A DNA stretch of 63,175 bases, filler included, from Craspedostauros australis (taxonomy: Eukaryota), in assembly GCA_030167865.1 (NCBI GenBank). It is 9 parts of 9 records of this genome, joined end to end, with 100 filler letters (N's around TTAATTAATTAA, not from the genome) between each part and the next. Parts side by side here need not be neighbours in the genome. Positions count along the whole stretch, not along the records: positions 55,690 to 59,227 come from JALAGF010004602.1; positions 59,328 to 63,175 come from JALAGF010004603.1; 7 more parts are not named here. One strand, written 5' to 3'. The notes below the pieces were generated by a model. That model searched no databases, was not told the DNA's origin, and saw nothing but the letters and a program-made list of their open reading frames with translations. Below are positions 56,617-63,175 of the stretch, one piece after another. The translations under genes were made by a program, and so were the position numbers. Each line of letters starts with the position of its first letter. The first letter of the stretch is position 1.

Positions 56617-58006
56617 CCGTGCCCCCATACAACGGCGCATCGCATCGCATCGATCCCGGTGCGTGCCTCATTTTTTCACGCGAATCTGCATCCAATTTTG
56701 AAATCAATACACAGTACAACCATGTAGAGCACATCTCCAATCCCAACCACGGACACAGCAACTACAGAAAGTACGACAATAACGCATAGCATACATTTCA
56801 CAAGTCCATCTATCACACAAGCAGCAGCACTAGCAGACTGGATGAATGGATGACGATCGGGGTTCGAGGCTACGATTGGGGGCATGGTCGTACCATGCAC
56901 TCCGCTCAACTCTCCGATCTCTTGTAATCTTTCAACGCGGAGAGGGGTACGATACACTCGTCATTCATGCTGGGAGAGGCGCATGGCTTCTGCCACGAAA
57001 GACTCGCTGGGACCTGGACAGCTATACCATCGCAATATCAGTGCAAGTTCGCTCTCTTCTATTCAACTCTTCACACGCCTGGGCTCTACTCCGTGGCGCC
57101 CGCCTCTGCATGGAGCGCTGAGCCGTCATCCCGAATCATACCGCAAACAGGTAGAATAATATATCTCGATAGAATAGACTGCAGCAACTCGGAGTGGAGT
57201 GCCACACACTCTCTACTCGTATCATGACGATGCTGGCCTGGGCAGGAGTACATGGATCTAAGTATGGGGCACCCAGCAAGAGCTACCCGTCGGAGCGCAA
57301 CCGTGGCGCAAGCACAACTATGAGAATCTTGGCCTGGTTGCACGTCATCATCAATGTGTTTTGGTTGCGTGTCAAAATGCGGCCACGTTCTTCAGTAGTC
57401 GCTGCAGCGTAGATAGTGAAACGAAGCAAGATTGATGATTGTAATCGAATTAGTCTTCTATCAATAGTACTTCCAAAGCCTCTATCAATTGCAACCCGAA
57501 CAGCAGCGCGCCGGACGAACCTGTTGGCGATCATCTTTCCGCAAGACTGATCGCGGAAAAGGAAGACCACAGCAACGCACACGCCCACTTTCTGTCACAC
57601 GCACACCATCCTACCGGCTCTACGTGTCACACACACAAACACACGTGCCATGCCACCTCTTCCCTCCGCCCAACCTCAATTGCCTCCAACACAACTCAAG
57701 AGACATCATCAGCAGCAACATCAGCAACATCAACAACATCACACCGTCAACAACACCAACACCAACACCATTGCCACCATCGCCATTAACGTCAACATCC
57801 ACATCCACATCAACAGGAGGAAAGACGAGTGCGCCATCGTGTAAAACATCACTTTTCAAATTGACGCTTTCTGCAATCAACAACGTTTCCTCACATCCAC
57901 AACGCTGTTGACATCGACAAACATTGTTGGGCAGCAAGAACAGAAGACCGCCGACGTTGGCATCGATCCATCCCGTACGGCACCATTCATACATTCATTA
58001 CAACAG

Positions 58007-58855
58007 ATGCCTGCGCTCGCGCCCATCAAGTTGACGATGATCGAAACCATCAGTTGCCTCAGCCCGAGGTACCCACAGTGCGTGGTTGCGCCGCGCCTTT
58101 GCTTGCCGCAAAAGCCGAACGCCATCGAACCCTCTCACAGTATCATGTACGGTGGGATACGAAGGGTGCGTTTTGCAGATGAGGTCGGCCCATCGCTGTC
58201 ATCGTCGTCGTCTTCAGACTCGAAGACAGTGCAGAAGTACAAGCTGGAGCAACATTATCGCTATCACTATCAGAACCAGGCAATGATGGGATGCTATTCG
58301 ACCAACGCCATGGTGGATGCCAAGGAGGCAACCAGCTGCACAGCACCGGACATCACCACCATGCTGGTGGGCTTGTCGTTGTCTGAGAAGTCTGCCAGAT
58401 GGTGGTCGGACAAGGACATCGAACGCACATGCATCATCGCCATGAAGGCTGCCAAGTTCTACTGCGAAAGAAGGAGGCCTTACATCACAAGCTACCTCAC
58501 ACTGTACGACAAGGTCCACGACATGAGCAACGGAACGAATCTCGACCGCGAGCTGACATCAATCGCTTCGATCCTTGCGAAGGCGTCGGTGAGGGGACTG
58601 GAGCCGTTCATATTCCCCACCACGTACCAAAGCAGGGGAGGGTTCGTGAAGCACCTGCTGGAAACACAGTCTCACTTCCCTCCGAACGTGGACCCTGCCG
58701 TGAAGCAACGGATGCTCAGCGCGAAGTCTGTGTACATGTCACAGCATGCCCGCAAGTTCGCCAGGTTATTCGGGGAAGGCGATGCGGCAGTGGCCGAGCA
58801 GATATACCGCGAGGACCTGCAACAGATAAGCAGCGTGTCCTCGTCGTCGAGGTGA
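58007..58855 (+). CDS. Diatom-type RGLE-motif hypothetical protein (paralogue of the upstream gene)
   Basis: RVRFAD, WWSDKDI, VRGLEPF, SVYMSQHARKFARLFGEGDA; first ATG in the ORF is at 58007. Confidence 0.75.
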   Translation: MPALAPIKLTMIETISCLSPRYPQCVVAPRLCLPQKPNAIEPSHSIMYGGIRRVRFADEVGPSLSSSSSSDSKTVQKYKLEQHYRYHYQNQAMMGCYSTNAMVDAKEATSCTAPDITTMLVGLSLSEKSARWWSDKDIERTCIIAMKAAKFYCERRRPYITSYLTLYDKVHDMSNGTNLDRELTSIASILAKASVRGLEPFIFPTTYQSRGGFVKHLLETQSHFPPNVDPAVKQRMLSAKSVYMSQHARKFARLFGEGDAAVAEQIYREDLQQISSVSSSSR

Positions 58856-59327
58856 TGCAAGCAAACAAGACAGTGTCGTGTCTCTCAAGAAGACCTCAGA
58901 ACGAGACACGAGGAGCATCAATGACAAAGAGACAGACAAGACAAGGAACGACAACGGGACGCAGCACGGACTCAGAGTAGACAGCATGGTACAACGACAC
59001 CGCTTCGGTTGTCTCTCTCATGCCACACAATGCAGGAATGCCACTTCACACTCTGCTATTCGATGCCATGGTTGCGACGAAGTCAGCACCAAAAAGCGCC
59101 GAGCAGACTTGAGCATTCAATTCAGTGCTATTACATAAAGAGGAGGATACATACTCGTAAATACATAGATCTTACGCAATCAGAAGACGACCGTTGTTCA
59201 TGGAATCAAGGACGAGTAGGTTTGACANNNNNNNNNNNNNNNNNNNNNNNNNNNNNNNNNNNNNNNNNNNNTTAATTAATTAANNNNNNNNNNNNNNNNN
59301 NNNNNNNNNNNNNNNNNNNNNNNNNNN

Positions 59328-61116
59328 CTTCTTGGTGATAAGGTCTTCCATGACCTTTCCGTGGACTTCCATGCGTCATTGCTGGGCGTGCGGCAGCTCC
59401 TGTACCACTCTTCCACATCCCATGCGCTGCTTTCGTCGATGACGACCACGAACTGCTTTTTCAGCAAGTGCCGCATCTGAGCTGCAACCCATTCCTTCTC
59501 TTCGGCCCAGCCAAGGTCTCTACAGAGTGTTCCGAACTCATAGAGACGACCCAAGCAGTTCCCAAGGGTCTCTTGCCTTGCCTGAAGACGAAAATGCCTC
59601 AGTGCGTTCATTGCGTCGTGCTTGTGGAAGGATTTGAAGGCATCCTTGACAAGATCATTTGGCAAGCCGACCGCAACGCATTTCTTGTGGGCTCGGTGGA
59701 GATGTTTGGACAATTCTCCTTGCTCAAGACGAAGTTGCGACAGCCCCGCAAGTTCAATCTGGATCTGCTTCTCGATCAAAGAGGCTTGGACCGCGTCACC
59801 GCCAAGCGCGTACTCCAAGACAGCCAAGAGTGCGTCGAAGTTCGTTGCTTCCATTCGCTCCTCATAGTCCTCTTTGGTTTGGATTGCCGCGTGCACGACC
59901 TTGATCTTCTTTTCTGCACTCATCTTCTTCCACTTGAAACGACCCACTTCGTCCTCACCAATCTTTCCGATCAAGTTCATGTCAAGCTTCTTGAACTCTT
60001 CGAGGGAAAGGCCAGCAGCAGTGCGATAGAGGAATGCTCGCATTGCGGAGATCGGAACAAAGGCGGAGAATGACCCCCCTTTGCTGTCGATAGTGCAGTG
60101 ACGGCCCTTCTTGACCTCCGCACTGAATTTCGTCAGTGCATCCGCGCCACATCCCGAACCGAAGATCTTTTCCACGGCCTCTCGAACCTCAGTGACAAGC
60201 TCCTGCTCTTCTTCGTCGTCCGGGTCATCCACCTTGTTTCCAACGACGATGACGGGGATGTCTTTGGATTCTGCGTTGTTCTTCTTCGCGAAATTGAGAA
60301 TCTCGACCTGTTCCTCCGTGTTGACACCTTGCAGTGCATCCATCACAACGATGACGCAGTCGAACGTCTTCCAGGACTGGGACACCCAATTCTTGTAGAC
60401 GCTGTCGGTGCCGGCCTCGTTGATTCCAGGGATATCCGTGATCACTAGATTGCAGTCGCTTCTCATGGAAACGATGGTGTGGTCTGCCTGGATAACGAAG
60501 GACTTTTCTTGGACGACGTTGCTCGCACGCAGCTCCTGGTTGTCCTTCTTGATGGTCTCATGAGTTTCTGCAGCCGACGTGATGCTCTTCGCAGCTATTT
60601 CATCGTTGGCGTCATACCACACATCCGAGCTCGCGCTGGTGGCCACATCCTTGGACTTTGCGCCTTTGGCTTTGCTGGTCGAAGATGCAGCTGCAGATGG
60701 CTCTGATTGCGGATGGACGATCTTGAAATGGTTGACACAAGCGGTGGTCCGTTTCATTGACACTTCGCTGAACTTCTTTCCCAGCAAAGCATTGAGAACA
60801 GTGGACTTGCCCACACTGAATGGTGCCGTTTGGTGAAGAGTCGGACGGGAAGCAGATAGATGTGGAGTACGGCAAAGAAGATCAGTTTTGGTGTGGGTGA
60901 GATCATTTCTGGAATGTTCTGCACCAACTCTCATCAACGAGTGGACCAACAATTTGTTGAAGATAATGGACAAGGACGTGCAAAGGGACGGACATCGACG
61001 GGATACAACCGATACAACCGATTCGACTTGATGTCAGCTTGCCAGCGTGACAACATGCGGACTTACCTGACGTAGCCCATCACGGCAATCTTGATCTCAA
61101 ATTGATTGCACTTCAT
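59328..61116 (-). CDS. Dynamin-like (Dynamin_N) GTPase; exon 1 61116-61067, exon 2 from 60815; 3' end lost in a gap
   Basis: Splicing GTAAGT (61066)...TTCAG (60816) gives MKCNQFEIKIAVMGYVSVGKSTVLNALLG (complete G1), then KRTT (G2), DIPG (G3), NKVD (G4), VPISA and a helical C-terminal region. Confidence 0.9.
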
Positions 61117-63175
61117 GGTGACTTGCTGACCTTTCTTGTTGGATTCCGCAGGTGAATCAGAGGATTTCATTGTTGGCGTGGACGGTTTGCTTTCGTGAGA
61201 TGGTGTCTGCATTTTGTGTCTGCGATTTGACGATCAATGATCAACACTGCCCAAAGTGCAGGTTGTGCTCCTGCACCACTGTTGCGCATGCGCACGGCCA
61301 CGAGGGCGACCTCCTGACGTCCAGCGTCATGTGTTCTCATAATTGGGGTTTCGTGAGAAAGCGAAGACATGCTGTGTTGAAACAGGTCTCAATCCTGTTG
61401 CTCATGTAGACCGGGTGGGGCTACAATTGGTTCACTAAGTTAGTTGTTCTGTTATCCCGGGTTTGTAGGTTGGTGATTCCTCTTTCTCTGCGATTTATGA
61501 GCTTGACTTGTCTGTCAAAAGTCAACTCATGTCAATCTCCAGTTGCCCTGCAAACTCGTGTAGTTCTGACTCCTATTGAGTCAGATCATTTCCTAATTCC
61601 TAACGATCCACCACGATGTGAATCCTCGACCTGCGCCAGTTTCCCGCAGTTCGTCGTGTTGTTGTCTTATTTGGTCTTGGTTGTGTCAGACAGAGATTCA
61701 GGAACTCGATTGCGTCAGTCTCTAATCCTGACGTCTTACCTAAGTGNTTCCTCTCATCCATATATATCTGGTCTTGCTCCTCTGCTGACGTTCATGCTCT
61801 GCTCCTCACGTTCCCGCTGACGTTAGATTCCTCTCAGCTCGTAGATTATTTGTTTCTGAAGATTCCGAGATTCTTTCGTCATATTCGAGGATTCTGCTGT
61901 AAATTTCCGTTTTCGGGTTTGGAACATTTGATCGTGAGAAGGAGTTCTGGACAAACAAATATGTGTGAGCAGTCATTTGCGCAACTGTGACCCCTACCGG
62001 GTCATACACGAATCTGAATATTCGTCATGTTCCAACAATGCTGATGGCCATTTTTTTTCATTCCTACCGGAGAACTACGTGAGATGGAGGAGCCAGCACC
62101 ATTCCGAAATTTCGGCGCGCACCTTTGGAGATCAGAAATTCCGACCACAACAGAAGAAGCACCAGTACTGCCCGAGGCAGACAGGGAGCAAGAGAGAGGC
62201 GCACATCCGGATACGGAGACGGATACGGATGCAACTCTCAATGCGCACACGTGCAATACCAGAGAGGGACGGCTGAGTCCAATGGATGTGCCAAGTGCAC
62301 GAACACCCATGATCCAAGTGGCCACCGCACACGTCGGTACCTTTGGGCGTACTGATGCAATCACATGAAAACAAACGGAAGAGAGGAAAGGAGTATCTTT
62401 GACTAGATGGACTACTATGTTCTTGGTTCGGAGGATTGAACGTCGCGCAATCATTTCATTCCGGATCCACTATCCCGACCACCAACAAACCAAATCAGGT
62501 GCTCACAATCAGCAACATGCACTCCTCTCCGCTGCGCTGCGATGTGACGTGAAGTGCCTCTCTCTCCTGATGATGCGAGGCTGTCATAGAACACGATCAA
62601 GGTCGAAAGCAAGATCAAGAGCGAAGAAACACAACAGGATACGCTCCAGGGTTGGCATCCGTCATTCTGCTCGTATGCCGGCGGAACCACACGAACGCAA
62701 TGGCAATTCCAGGCACAATCAACGCAACGTGCGAACGCATCAATCCTGCATACGAGTGCTCCATGCAGAGGTTGCTCCATCTCTCCATCGATCTTTCGCG
62801 CTAACCTCCCACAACCTGCAGCTGATATCCGCACGATTGGAGTGCATGGTATTACAGTCTGAGTGACGGAAACATGCGCCCAGGCTCCGAGGCAATGTGA
62901 AGTGAAGTTTCTCTCTGATGACACTCCGGTATTCACAGAGCAATACCAAGATCGAAAGCGAGCGTGTGAGTGAGAGCAAAGACAAGAGCGAAGGAACAGA
63001 CAAAGGCACAGGCTGAAGTAAGCCAATGTCATTTTGATCTGGCAAAGCAACAGCAACGCCATGGAGACAACGCTCCACACATCACAACACGATGCGAACA
63101 GATCCATCCTGCACACAAGTATGGAGGCGGTACATGGTTTCTGAGACTTCATCTTCAACCGCAGTCGACATCAGC

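Noticed and set aside
11514..59283. Recurrent TTAATTAATTAA palindrome, resembling piggyBac TTAA sites or a regular repeat system
   Set aside because: Always centred in a fixed-length N run; an artificial six-frame-stop contig linker
61800..63175. Short ORFs at the right end of the window
   Set aside because: Low complexity, overlapping on both strands, no recognisable domain

Overview
Eukaryotic, repeat-rich genomic DNA, most consistent with a diatom (stramenopile): spliceosomal GT-AG introns, two HSF-domain genes, diatom-type low-complexity proteins and diatom-type transposons. The window is not continuous sequence. Eight 100-nt spacers (N44-TTAATTAATTAA-N44) join separate contigs, so adjacency across them is unproven. 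Roughly half is transposable element. (1) A full-length 8.3-kb non-LTR retrotransposon (Ambal-like: novel ORF1; ORF2 = APE endonuclease + RT + RNase H + CCHC knuckle) at 415-8748, with a perfect 16-bp target-site duplication, a (TTTA)n tail and a hairpin-rich 3' UTR, inserted in the 3' LTR of a decayed Ty1/copia element. (2) A diverged second ORF2 copy cut by an LTR, and a third, heavily decayed relative. (3) A long copia element (46606 to ~53155) whose gag-pol is broken only by three in-frame stops, carrying an unexplained domain between Gag and protease and a palindrome where a tRNA primer-binding site should be. (4) Four copies of one LTR family and a further copia RNase H fragment. (5) An intact piggyBac-like transposase with an extra N-terminal domain and no canonical TTAA ends visible. 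Host genes: two HSF transcription factors, a PKDCC/VLK-like membrane-anchored kinase, a STAND/AAA NTPase with helical repeats, a dynamin-like GTPase whose P-loop is split by an intron, two paralogous RGLE-motif proteins, a single-pass membrane protein and a His-rich protein. No rRNA, tRNA or CRISPR was recognised. The best leads for new biology are the ORF1/ORF2 junction and ORF1 of the Ambal-like element, and the priming site and extra domain of the copia element.
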